This document shows positions 17,220 to 25,783 of a DNA stretch of 44,381 bases, one piece after another. The notes beneath the pieces were generated by a model. The model did no database searches. It was given only the letters and a program-made list of their open reading frames with translations, and was not told the origin of the DNA. Within the stretch, counting starts at the first letter, position 1, and each line of letters starts with the position of its first letter. The DNA comes from Candidatus Limnocylindria bacterium. GTDB lineage: Bacteria > Chloroflexota > Limnocylindria > QHBO01. The stretch is taken from positions 1 through 44,381 of the forward strand of contig DASURX010000051.1 of NCBI GenBank assembly GCA_036375355.1, given 5' to 3'. The translations under genes were made by a program, and so were the position numbers.

Positions 17220-18494
17220 GTGAACCGCCAGATCAGCGCCGCTCGCGGCACGCGCGACCTGCTGCCCGAGGAGGGGCCAGCCTGGAACGCGATGGAGGCG
17301 CTGGCCCGCGACCTGTCGCGCCGCTACGCGCTGGACCGGGTGGACACGCCGCTGTTCGAGAGAGTGGAGCTCTTCGCGCGCGGCCTGGGCGAGTCGTCGG
17401 ATGCCGTGGAGAAGGAGATGTTCCGGGTCGCCGGGGCCGCCGGATCCGAGGAGGAGCGCGCCGAGTGGGCGCTGCGGCCGGAGCCCACGGCGGGCATCGC
17501 GCGGGCCTACGTGGAACATGGCCTGCACGTCCGCCCCGGGCCGCTGCGGCTCTGGATGCTGGGGCCGATGTTCCGCTACGACCGCCCGCAGGCGGGTCGC
17601 TACCGCCAGTTCACGCAGTGGGACGTCGAGGTCGTGGGCGACCCGGGGCCGATGGTCGATGCCGAGGTGATCGAGCTCGCGGCGCGCTTCTTCGCCGAAG
17701 CGGGGATCGCCGGCGTGATCGTGCACCTCAACTCCATCGGCGACGGCACCTGCCGTCCCGGCTACCGCCAGGCATTGATCGACTACTTCGCCGGCCACGA
17801 GGCGCGCCTGAGCGAGGACTCGCGCCGTCGCCTCCGCGTCAACCCGCTCCGGGTCCTGGACGACAAGCTGCTCGACCCGGATCTCGCCGCCGGTGCTCCG
17901 CGCAGTGCCGACCACCTGTGTGCGGCCTGTGCAGAGCACTTCGCGGTCGTGCGCGAGCTGCTCGATGGGCTGAAGGTCAACTACGTCATCGACCATCGGC
18001 TGGTGCGCGGCCTCGACTACTACACGCGTACGACGTTCGAGCTCTTCGTCGCGGGCCGGGAGGGACAGCAGCAGGCTCTCGCCGGCGGTGGCCGCTACGA
18101 CGGCCTGATCGAGCTGCTCGGCGGACGTCCGACCCCGGGCATCGGCTTTGGGCTGGGCATCGACCGTGCCGTGCTGGCGGCCGAGGAGCAGGAAGCGCCG
18201 TTGTCCGCCGCGGAACCGCTGGTGGCCCTTGTCGGCGCCACTCCCGACGACTTTGCCCAGCGCCTGCGGGTGGCCTCGAGCCTCAGGGATGCCGGCGTGC
18301 GGGTGCGGCCCGACGGGAGCCGTCGCAGGCTCGGCAAGCAGTTGGAGTCGGCTGTCAAGGCCGGGGCACGCTGGGCCGTCATCGTCGGCGAGGAGCTCGG
18401 GCGTGGCGCCGTCGTGCTGCGGGACCTGGAGCGGGGTGAGCAGCGCGAGACAGCCCTCGTCGACGTGCCCGCGGTACTTGCGCGGGAGCGCTAG
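17220..18494 (+). CDS. hisS: Histidine--tRNA ligase
   Basis: GTG start. Class II motifs: GTRDLLPEE, FRYDRPQAGRYRQFTQWDVEVVG, GGGRYDGL. A C-terminal anticodon-binding domain is present. Confidence 0.95.
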   Translation: MNRQISAARGTRDLLPEEGPAWNAMEALARDLSRRYALDRVDTPLFERVELFARGLGESSDAVEKEMFRVAGAAGSEEERAEWALRPEPTAGIARAYVEHGLHVRPGPLRLWMLGPMFRYDRPQAGRYRQFTQWDVEVVGDPGPMVDAEVIELAARFFAEAGIAGVIVHLNSIGDGTCRPGYRQALIDYFAGHEARLSEDSRRRLRVNPLRVLDDKLLDPDLAAGAPRSADHLCAACAEHFAVVRELLDGLKVNYVIDHRLVRGLDYYTRTTFELFVAGREGQQQALAGGGRYDGLIELLGGRPTPGIGFGLGIDRAVLAAEEQEAPLSAAEPLVALVGATPDDFAQRLRVASSLRDAGVRVRPDGSRRRLGKQLESAVKAGARWAVIVGEELGRGAVVLRDLERGEQRETALVDVPAVLARER

Positions 18495-18506
18495 CGCACG
18501 TCGGGA

Positions 18507-19781
18507 TCAGACGCGGACTCCGCCGCTCCCGAGCAGGACCAGGCCGGCGAGGGCCAGGCCGATGATGATCGTCACGCGAAGGCGCCGGCTGAGGATGTCT
18601 CCCAGGAACCAACGGCGGGCGATCGGCCCGACCGCCTCGCGGTGGGCGACGAGCGGCGCCATCCAGTCGCCTCCCACCGCGGCCGCCGCGCGCGCACGCA
18701 TCACCGCCACCCTGCCACGCGCGAGCTGACGCTCGGGCGAGTCCGGAAGGCCCACCGCCTCCGCCGCGGCCGCCAGGGCTGTGACGTCCGGGTCGTGGCC
18801 CTCGATCCAGTCGATGTAGGCGAGCAGCGATGCCTGCTCGTGTCGGTCCCTGGCGTCCCGCACCAGCATGCGTTGCGCGGCGTTGCGGGCGGCCACGAGG
18901 TCGCCGGTCACGGCGTGCAGCTCGGCATGGGCCCACAGGGCATCGGCACGTTCGGCGTGTTCGCGCAGCCAGCGTCGCATCCGCGGCAGGGTGTCCGGCA
19001 CCTGCGTGCCGGTGACCTGTCGCCATCGCTCCATCTCGGGATGGCCGACGGAGGCGAATCCTTCCCATGCCGCCCGCACCCGGCGGGGGATGGCGGGGTA
19101 GAAGAGGAACGTCGACACCAGCCCGAACGCGGCCGCCGCGACCGGCAGCGCCACGGGCCACGGCACGCCGCGAGCCAGCATCAGCGGCAGCCCGAAGATG
19201 ACGAGCGCCGCCGCAAGCCCCACGGACACGACGTTGGGGAGGTCGAACGGGCCGAGCCGGATCGCGCCGGAGATTCCGTTGGCGAGGATCAACGGGTCGC
19301 GGGCGAGCTCGCGCGGCTTGGGAATCATCGGCACTGGGGCCCGCACGTCACCGATCACGATGAGGCCGATGGCAACCAGGAGCCCGACCATCTCCGGCAG
19401 CCACCACAGCCACAGCGACCGGTCGTAGTTCACGACCGGGTCGAGGGCGTCGGCGATCAGGAAGCGGCCCCACCAGGCGGCGCCTGGCAGGAAGAGCCCG
19501 ACCAGCAGGATTCCGGCAGCCGCGAAGCGCCGGTAACGAAAGAGGGCCACGGCCAGGATGGCCGGCATGATGAGGCTAGATGCCAGGACGAACGGCTCTG
19601 CGATCGCCACGATGAAGGTGACGCTCACACTCAGTCCGGCGAGCAGGGCGCCGAGGCGGACGAGCCAAACGGGGACCGGCAGCTGTCGGTAGCGTCGCAC
19701 CACCGCGACCGCGCAGATGACCACCAGCGCCAGCAGGCTGGCGACGGTGAGCCAGGCCATGAACACGACCGGATCAGGCAT
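18507..19781 (-). CDS. Hypothetical membrane protein: N-terminal multi-TM bundle, helical soluble domain, C-terminal TM
   Basis: 424 aa with about 7 hydrophobic segments in the first 230 aa. An Ala/Arg-rich helical region follows (ADALWAHAELHAVTGDLVAARNAAQRML), then a terminal TM (VTIIIGLALAGLVLLG). I recognised no family. Confidence 0.6.
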   Translation of the reverse strand: MPDPVVFMAWLTVASLLALVVICAVAVVRRYRQLPVPVWLVRLGALLAGLSVSVTFIVAIAEPFVLASSLIMPAILAVALFRYRRFAAAGILLVGLFLPGAAWWGRFLIADALDPVVNYDRSLWLWWLPEMVGLLVAIGLIVIGDVRAPVPMIPKPRELARDPLILANGISGAIRLGPFDLPNVVSVGLAAALVIFGLPLMLARGVPWPVALPVAAAAFGLVSTFLFYPAIPRRVRAAWEGFASVGHPEMERWRQVTGTQVPDTLPRMRRWLREHAERADALWAHAELHAVTGDLVAARNAAQRMLVRDARDRHEQASLLAYIDWIEGHDPDVTALAAAAEAVGLPDSPERQLARGRVAVMRARAAAAVGGDWMAPLVAHREAVGPIARRWFLGDILSRRLRVTIIIGLALAGLVLLGSGGVRV

Positions 19782-19896
19782 CGCGCCGATGATCGCAGCC
19801 GGCGCAACCGTCGCGGCATGGGCCGATGGTCCGCGGACCGTGTCGGGCCGTTCAGCGAGGGACCAACCCAGGCGCTCGAGCGCGGCGGTGCTCCGC

Positions 19897-19902
19897 TACC
19901 AT
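19897..19902 (+). promoter_or_regulatory. Candidate -10 (TACCAT) for aspS
   Basis: The hexamer ends 9 nt before the ATG at 19912. There is no SD. Confidence 0.3.
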
Positions 19903-19911
19903 TCGCGTCCC

Positions 19912-21708
19912 ATGGGTCAGGCATTCCGCACCCACACCTGCGGCGAGCTGGGCGCGATCGACGTCGGTCAGCGCGTGACGCTGGCCGGCTGGGTGCACCG
20001 GCGACGCGATCACGGGCACCTGACCTTCATCGACCTGCGGGATCGCTACGGCATCACCCAGGTGGTGACCAACGCCGAGGACGCGCCGGAGGCGCACGCG
20101 GCGGCGGAGGCGGCCCGCAACGAGTGGGTGGTGCAGGTCGATGGCAGCGTGAGGCATCGGCCCGAAGGCACCACCAACCCGCAGCTGGCCACCGGCGAGG
20201 TCGAGGTGGCGGTCGATCGGTTCACCGTCCTCAACCCGAGCAAGGTGCCGCCGTTCTACGTCAACGAGGAGCAGCCCGGGCTGGACGAGAGCCTGCGGCT
20301 GAAGCACCGCTACCTGGACCTGCGCCGGCCGCCGGTCCAGCAGCGCATGCTGATGCGCTCGCGCCTGGCAAGCGCGATCCGCCGCGCACTCGACGACGAG
20401 GGCTTCGTCGAGATCGAGACGCCGACCCTGATTCGTTCGACGCCGGAGGGGGCGCGCGACTTCGTGGTCCCCAGCCGCCTGAAGCCCGGCGAGTTCTACG
20501 CGCTACCGCAGAGCCCGCAGGTGCTCAAGCAGCTGCTGATGGTCGCCGGCTTCGACCGCTACTACCAGCTCGCCCGTGCCTGGCGCGACGAGGACCTGCG
20601 CGGCGACCGGCAGCCGGAGCACACCCAGGTCGACATCGAGATGAGCTTCGTGTCCGAGGAGGACGTGCTGCAGACGGTGGAGCGCGTCGTGACCCGCGTG
20701 GCGAACGAAGTGCTCCCGGATCGGCCGCTGCTGCACGAGCCCTTCCCGCGGCTGACCTACGAGGAGGCCATGGACCGATATGGATCCGACAAGCCGGACA
20801 TCCGCTTCGGGTTGGAACTGGTCGACCTGACCGATGCCGTCCGCGCCGTGGACTTCCGCGTGTTCGCCGAGCCGATCGCGGCCGGCGGCCGGGTGCGGGG
20901 GATCGTGGCGCCCGGCTGCGGCGGCTACTCGCGCAGGCAGCTGGACGAGATAACCGACCTGGCCCGCCGCCACGGGGCTGGCGGCCTGGTGCACCTGTCG
21001 ATCGGCGACGACGGCGCACTCGCCGGCCCGGCTGCCAAGTTCCTGGAGGATGACGTCGCGGCGCGATTGCGCCAGGAGACCGGCGCCGGACCGGGGGACC
21101 TGATCCTGATCGTGGCCGACGCCGACCCGATTCGCGCCGCCGAGGCGCTGGGCCGGGTGCGACTGGAGATGGGCGAACGGCTGGGCCTGCGGACGCCCGG
21201 CGTGCTCGCCTACGCCTGGGTCCGCTTCTTCCCGATGTTCACCTGGGACGACGAGAACCAGCGCTGGGACGCGACCCACAACCCGTTCAGCGCCCCGATC
21301 TGGGAGGAGGCGGATCGCATGGAAGCCGATCCGGCCTCGATCCATGCACAGCAGTACGACCTTGTGCTCAACGGCTGGGAGGCGGGCGGCGGCTCGATCC
21401 GGATCCATCGGCGCGACCTGCTGGAGCGGGCCTTCGCGCTGATGGGGCACACCATGGAGAGCGCGCGCAGCCAGTTCGGCGCGCTGCTCGACGCCCTGGA
21501 GTACGGGGCACCGCCGCACGGCGGCATCGCCATCGGCCTGGACCGGTGGGCTGCCCTGTACGCCGAGGTCGACAACATCCGCGAGGTGATGGCCTTCCCG
21601 AAGACGCAGTCCGGGACCGATCTCATGCTCGACGCGCCCTCGACCATTGGGCCCGCCCAGCTCGACGAGCTGCACCTGCGCATCGTCGAGCCCGTCGAGG
21701 ATCGCTGA
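19912..21708 (+). CDS. aspS: Aspartate--tRNA ligase (bacterial type)
   Basis: 598 aa from the ATG at 19912. Motifs: RTHTCGEL...GWVHRRRDHGHLTFIDLRDRYG, FYALPQSPQ, RDEDLRGDRQPEHTQVD, GGGSIRIH, PPHGGIAIGLDR. Confidence 0.96.
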   Translation: MGQAFRTHTCGELGAIDVGQRVTLAGWVHRRRDHGHLTFIDLRDRYGITQVVTNAEDAPEAHAAAEAARNEWVVQVDGSVRHRPEGTTNPQLATGEVEVAVDRFTVLNPSKVPPFYVNEEQPGLDESLRLKHRYLDLRRPPVQQRMLMRSRLASAIRRALDDEGFVEIETPTLIRSTPEGARDFVVPSRLKPGEFYALPQSPQVLKQLLMVAGFDRYYQLARAWRDEDLRGDRQPEHTQVDIEMSFVSEEDVLQTVERVVTRVANEVLPDRPLLHEPFPRLTYEEAMDRYGSDKPDIRFGLELVDLTDAVRAVDFRVFAEPIAAGGRVRGIVAPGCGGYSRRQLDEITDLARRHGAGGLVHLSIGDDGALAGPAAKFLEDDVAARLRQETGAGPGDLILIVADADPIRAAEALGRVRLEMGERLGLRTPGVLAYAWVRFFPMFTWDDENQRWDATHNPFSAPIWEEADRMEADPASIHAQQYDLVLNGWEAGGGSIRIHRRDLLERAFALMGHTMESARSQFGALLDALEYGAPPHGGIAIGLDRWAALYAEVDNIREVMAFPKTQSGTDLMLDAPSTIGPAQLDELHLRIVEPVEDR

Positions 21709-21833
21709 GGGCATCGCCACTCGGACCGCCGAATGGGGCCGATCGGACCTCGCATCCCGCGCAGGCCGTGCGAGACTGGTGGCATGGCGCACCGGAGCGC
21801 GTCCTGCATCGGTGCCTGGCTGAGGTCTGAACC

Positions 21834-22562
21834 ATGAACGTGCGCGACGTGATGACCAGCGAAGTCCTCACCGTGAACCCCGAAACGCCCATGAAGGAGG
21901 TCGCGCGCCTGCTGGCCGAACACGGCGTCAGCGGCGTGCCAGTCGTCGACGATGACGGCGCGGTGCTCGGCATCATCTCCGAAGCCGATTTCGTGCTGCG
22001 CGAGAGCGGCCTGGGCTCCGAGCGGCCGACGATCCTGGACGAGGTGTTCGGCGATGCGGGGGCGGTGCGCGCCGAGTCGGCGCGGATGCATGCCGTCACC
22101 GCCGGGGCCGCCATGAGCTCGCCGGCGATCACCATCGGCGCCGACCGCTCGATCCGGGAAGCGGCGGTGGCCATGGCCCGCAACGCCGTCAACCGCCTGC
22201 CCGTGGTCGACAAGAACCGGATGGTGGGCATCGTCTCGCGGGCCGACCTGGTCGGCGCGTTCCTGGTCAGCGACGAGCAGCTGCGAACCACGATCAACGA
22301 CGACATCCTGCGCGACACCTTCTGGATGGAGCCAGACGAGGTGCAGGTGAGCGTCGACGAGGGCGTCGTCCGCCTGAGCGGGACCGTGGACCGCCGCTCG
22401 ACGGCGATGATCTTGGCCCGCATCGTTGGCCAGGTGGAGGGCGTCCTGGGGGTTCGCTCCGAGCTCCGCTGGGACCTGGACGATCGCGATATCGAGCCGG
22501 TCGGCGACGTGTACCACGAGCCGACCTCGGCCTCGGTCACCGCCCGCGAGCGACCGCGCTGA
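21834..22562 (+). CDS. CBS-pair plus BON domain protein
   Basis: Two CBS motifs (VMTSEVLTVNPETPMKEVARLLAEHGVSGVPVVD; AMSSPAITIGADRSIREAAVAMARNAVNRLPVVD). The C-terminal BON-like segment is VQVSVDEGVVRLSGTVDRRSTAMILARIVGQVEGVLGV. Confidence 0.85.
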   Translation: MNVRDVMTSEVLTVNPETPMKEVARLLAEHGVSGVPVVDDDGAVLGIISEADFVLRESGLGSERPTILDEVFGDAGAVRAESARMHAVTAGAAMSSPAITIGADRSIREAAVAMARNAVNRLPVVDKNRMVGIVSRADLVGAFLVSDEQLRTTINDDILRDTFWMEPDEVQVSVDEGVVRLSGTVDRRSTAMILARIVGQVEGVLGVRSELRWDLDDRDIEPVGDVYHEPTSASVTARERPR

Positions 22563-22568
22563 CCCTGC

Positions 22569-22955
22569 TCAGTCGGCCGGCGCGGGAAAGGAGCCGCTGT
22601 CGTCGTGCGTTTCCGACCCGCTCAGTGCCGGGTTGAAGACGCAGACCAGCCGCAGGTTGGACGTCGCCCGCAGGATGTGGCGGTCATGCCGGTCCAGCGC
22701 GTAGACCGTGCCCGGCCGGATGCGATGCGTGGAGCCGGTGGACAGCTCGGTGATCTGCGCCTCGCCCTCGACGCAGTAGCACGCCTCGAGGTGGTGGCGA
22801 TACTCCAGGGTCAGTTCGGCGCCGGCGTCGACGGTCGTGTCATGCAACGAAAAGCCCATCCCGTCGCGTCGTAGCAACAGCCGGCGGCTGCGCCAGCCGT
22901 CTCCCGCCACGTCGCGATCGCCACCGAGCACCTCCTCCAGGGAACGAACGATCAT
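22569..22955 (-). CDS. ectC: Ectoine synthase-like cupin (EctC family), solitary
   Basis: 128 aa from the ATG at 22955, with GGAGGTG just upstream on the minus strand. MIVRSLEEV...LEYRHHLEACYCVEGEAQI...GTVYALDRHDRHILRA...LVCVFNPALSGSETHDDSGSFPAPAD aligns end to end with my recollection of Halomonas EctC. Confidence 0.85.
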   Translation of the reverse strand: MIVRSLEEVLGGDRDVAGDGWRSRRLLLRRDGMGFSLHDTTVDAGAELTLEYRHHLEACYCVEGEAQITELSTGSTHRIRPGTVYALDRHDRHILRATSNLRLVCVFNPALSGSETHDDSGSFPAPAD

Positions 22956-23025
22956 GATCACCTCCACGTCCTTGCCGCGGTCCTTGGCGCAGCCGATCGC
23001 CGTGCGCTCGGCGACCGACCAAGGG

Positions 23026-23031
23026 TAGACT
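23026..23031 (+). promoter_or_regulatory. Candidate -10 (TAGACT) for the LCP gene; leaderless
   Basis: The hexamer ends 6 nt before the GTG at 23038. Confidence 0.35.
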
Positions 23032-23037
23032 CCGGGC

Positions 23038-24537
23038 GTGGCTACCCGAGCCGCCGCACCACCGGCACCACCCCCTGCTGCATCTGGCCTCGCGACCGAC
23101 CGAGCCCCATCCTTCTCGCTCCGCCGCTCCGCCGTGCTGGCCGCGGTCCTGTCGTTCCTGCTACCCGGCCTGGGGCATGGCTTCCTTGGCGCCACGCGCC
23201 GCGGGCTGGTCCTGGCGCTGCCGGTGCTGGTGCTGGCCGGCTACGTCATCGGCACCGTGGTCGTGGAGGGCCGCTTCCGCGCCCTTGGCCTGCTGCTGCA
23301 GCCGGGCGTGCTGATCGCGCTCCTCGTGCTGAACCTGGCCCTGCTCGGCTGGCGGATCGGCGCGATCGTGGATGCCTTCCTGCTTGCCCGCCGTCGCTGG
23401 CCGGCTGCCCGCCGGCGCGGTCAGCGCATCGTCGCCGGCGTGGTGCTCGGCGCCCTGCTGGCCACGACCTTCGGCATGCACGTCGGCCTGGGCTACCTGG
23501 GCCTGAAGACGTACGACACGGTCGGCGCCATCTTCGCCACGCCCCAACCGACGGCGTCTCCCACATCCGGAGCCTCGCAGGGGGACGGCGCCTCCCCGAC
23601 GGCCACCCCGGTGCCGACGCCGCTGCCCACGCCGGTGCCCGCCTGGTCGGACGACGGGCGCCTGGACCTGCTCCTTGTCGGCGGCGACGCGGGTCCCGGG
23701 CGCTGGAGCCTGCGCACCGACACGATGATCGTGCTGAGCGTGGATATCGCGAGTGGCCGGGCGGCGATGTTCGGCATCCCGCGCAACATGAAGAACGTCC
23801 CGCTGCCCGATGGTCCGGCCGCCGCGTTCCCCGCCTGCGACTGCTACCCGGATCTGATCAACTCGCTGTACGTCTACGCAGGGCAGCATCCCGAGCTGTT
23901 CCGTGGCGGGGAGGACCGCGGCTACTACGCGCTGCAGGACGCCGTCTCGGAGCTCGTCGACCGCCAGCTGGACGGCATGGTGGTGGTGACCCTCAACGGC
24001 TTCGTGCGGCTGGTCGACGCGCTGGGTGGGCTGGACATCTACACGCCATATAACCTGTACGACGCGTCGTATCCGCACGAGGATGGCGTGCACCACGAGG
24101 TCGTCTGGATCCCCGCCGGCCAGCATCATTTCGATGGCCACACCGCGTTGGCCTTCGCACGCTCGCGCCACCAGGATTCGGACTACGACCGCATGTACCG
24201 CCAGCAGCTGGTGCTGACCGCCATGCGCCGCCAGGTCTGTCCCTCGGACCTGGTGCTGCGCATCCCCGAGCTGCTCGATATCGCGCGCGACTCGCTTTGG
24301 ACGAACGTGCCTGTCGACCAGATGCCGGATCTGCTGGAGCTGGGCAGCCACGTGCGCGTCGACAGGATCAGCACCAACCAGTTCTGGCCGCCGGACATCC
24401 CGGAAACGTTGACGCCGGCCGGGATCGGGCTCATCCGCCAGATGGTGGCCGACGCGTTCGCGCGCGGTGCCGGCGGCTCGTCGGCAGGGGCATCCGGCTC
24501 CGCGCCGCCAACCGCGACTCCGCCGGACGGCTGCTAG
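23038..24537 (+). CDS. LytR-CpsA-Psr (LCP) family cell-wall glycopolymer transferase with a multi-TM N-terminus
   Basis: GTG start. The N-terminal TM region carries LLPGLGHGFLG. A Pro/Thr-rich linker follows, then the LCP core (LLLVGGD...RTDTMIVLSVD...FGIPRN, LNGFVRLVDALGGLDI, ALAFARSRH). Confidence 0.88.
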   Translation: MATRAAAPPAPPPAASGLATDRAPSFSLRRSAVLAAVLSFLLPGLGHGFLGATRRGLVLALPVLVLAGYVIGTVVVEGRFRALGLLLQPGVLIALLVLNLALLGWRIGAIVDAFLLARRRWPAARRRGQRIVAGVVLGALLATTFGMHVGLGYLGLKTYDTVGAIFATPQPTASPTSGASQGDGASPTATPVPTPLPTPVPAWSDDGRLDLLLVGGDAGPGRWSLRTDTMIVLSVDIASGRAAMFGIPRNMKNVPLPDGPAAAFPACDCYPDLINSLYVYAGQHPELFRGGEDRGYYALQDAVSELVDRQLDGMVVVTLNGFVRLVDALGGLDIYTPYNLYDASYPHEDGVHHEVVWIPAGQHHFDGHTALAFARSRHQDSDYDRMYRQQLVLTAMRRQVCPSDLVLRIPELLDIARDSLWTNVPVDQMPDLLELGSHVRVDRISTNQFWPPDIPETLTPAGIGLIRQMVADAFARGAGGSSAGASGSAPPTATPPDGC

Positions 24538-24588
24538 GGCGGTTCGGCTCGGCCGGCGGGCCACGGCCGGTTCCGTCCGGCGGTGGGG

Positions 24589-24594
24589 CATAAT
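24589..24594 (+). promoter_or_regulatory. Candidate -10 (CATAAT) for the desulfurase-mnmA operon
   Basis: The hexamer ends 10 nt before the ATG at 24605. It is the only AT-rich patch in the spacer. Confidence 0.3.
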
Positions 24595-24604
24595 CGGTCC
24601 CGCC

Positions 24605-25783
24605 ATGAGCGTCTACCTCGATCACGCCGCCACCACGCCGCTGGCGCCCGAGGTGCTCGAGGCCATGACGCCCTACCTCAGCGAGCACTTCGGCAACCCC
24701 TCGAGCATCCACGCCCGCGGCCGCCGCGCGCGCCAGGGGCTCGACGAAGCGCGCGAGACGGTGGCGCGCCTGCTGGGGGCCAAGCCGCGGGAGATCGTCT
24801 TCACCGCGAGCGGCAGCGAGGCCGACAACCTGGCCGTCAAGGGCGTTGCCTGGGCGTCGAGCGCTCGCGGGCGGCGAATCGTCACGAGCAGCATCGAGCA
24901 CAAGGCGGTGCTTCACGCGTGCGCCGTCCTGGAGCGGTTCGGCTTCGAGATCACCTACCTGCCGGTTGATCGATACGGCCGGGTCGACCCGGCCGACGTG
25001 GAGGCGGCCATCACCGAGCACACCACGCTGGTGAGCGTGATGTACGCCAACAACGAGGTGGGCACGTTGCGGCCGATCCGGGAGATCGGCGCCATCTGCC
25101 GCGCGAAGCGCGTGCCCTTCCACGTCGATGCGGTGCAGGCCGCCGGGTTCCTGCCGCTCGATGTCGACACCCTGCAGGTGGACCTGCTGAGCCTGGCGGC
25201 ACACAAGCTGTACGGGCCGAAGGGAGTCGGCGCCCTGTTCGTGCGGCAGGGAACGGCGCTGCTGCCGCAGGTCTCGGGAGGCTCCCAGGAGCGCCAGCGC
25301 CGCGCCGGCACGGAGAACGTGGCCGGTGTCGTGGGCCTGGCCGCCGCGCTCAGCCTGGCCCAGGCCGATGCCGCGGCGCGCGATGCCGAGAACGCGCGCC
25401 TGGCGGGGCTGCGCGATGCGCTGGTCGTCGGGCTCACCGCCATTCCCGGCGTCACCCTCACCGGTCACCCGACCGAGCGCCTGCCGAACAACGCCAGCTT
25501 CGTGGTGGAGGGCGTGGAGGGCGGCGACCTGGTCGCCGCGCTCGACCTGGAGGGCATCGAGGCTTCCACCGGCAGCGCCTGCACCACCGGCTCGGCCGAG
25601 CCGAGTCACGTGCTGCTGGCGATGGGCCTCGATCCTGCGCGGGCCCACGGCTCGCTGCGGCTGACCGCGGGCCGGGGCACGACCGAGGCCGACGTGGCGA
25701 CGACGCTCGACGCGGTGCGCCGCGTGCTCGGCCGCCTGCGCGCGACCGCCCCGCAGCCATCGGAGGCGGCCACGGTCGCATGA
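24605..25783 (+). CDS. Cysteine desulfurase (NifS/IscS/YrvO class)
   Basis: 392 aa. Motifs: VYLDHAATTP, FTASGSEADN, PLP lysine in LAAHKLYGPKG, catalytic Cys in STGSACTTG. It is translationally coupled to mnmA. Confidence 0.93.
   Translation: MSVYLDHAATTPLAPEVLEAMTPYLSEHFGNPSSIHARGRRARQGLDEARETVARLLGAKPREIVFTASGSEADNLAVKGVAWASSARGRRIVTSSIEHKAVLHACAVLERFGFEITYLPVDRYGRVDPADVEAAITEHTTLVSVMYANNEVGTLRPIREIGAICRAKRVPFHVDAVQAAGFLPLDVDTLQVDLLSLAAHKLYGPKGVGALFVRQGTALLPQVSGGSQERQRRAGTENVAGVVGLAAALSLAQADAAARDAENARLAGLRDALVVGLTAIPGVTLTGHPTERLPNNASFVVEGVEGGDLVAALDLEGIEASTGSACTTGSAEPSHVLLAMGLDPARAHGSLRLTAGRGTTEADVATTLDAVRRVLGRLRATAPQPSEAATVA

Noticed and set aside
14888-17251. Upstream two-thirds of the 1025-aa minus-strand ORF
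   Set aside because: It is antisense to relA, which has unambiguous HD, synthetase, TGS and ACT motifs. Only the last 237 codons (14174-14887) look like a real membrane protein.
19828-19883. Two perfect 12-nt palindromes (GGTCCGCGGACC at 19828-19839 and GCGCTCGAGCGC at 19872-19883) in the divergent region upstream of aspS
   Set aside because: Short GC-only palindromes are expected by chance many times in 44 kb of roughly 70% GC DNA. The two sequences are unrelated to each other. I have no supporting evidence for an operator.
23545-23650. Pro/Thr-rich stretch in the LCP gene, and a Pro/Ala-rich stretch at about 32120-32330, as possible tandem repeats
   Set aside because: These are in-frame low-complexity linkers between a membrane anchor and a folded domain. 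I could not see a repeating nucleotide unit.
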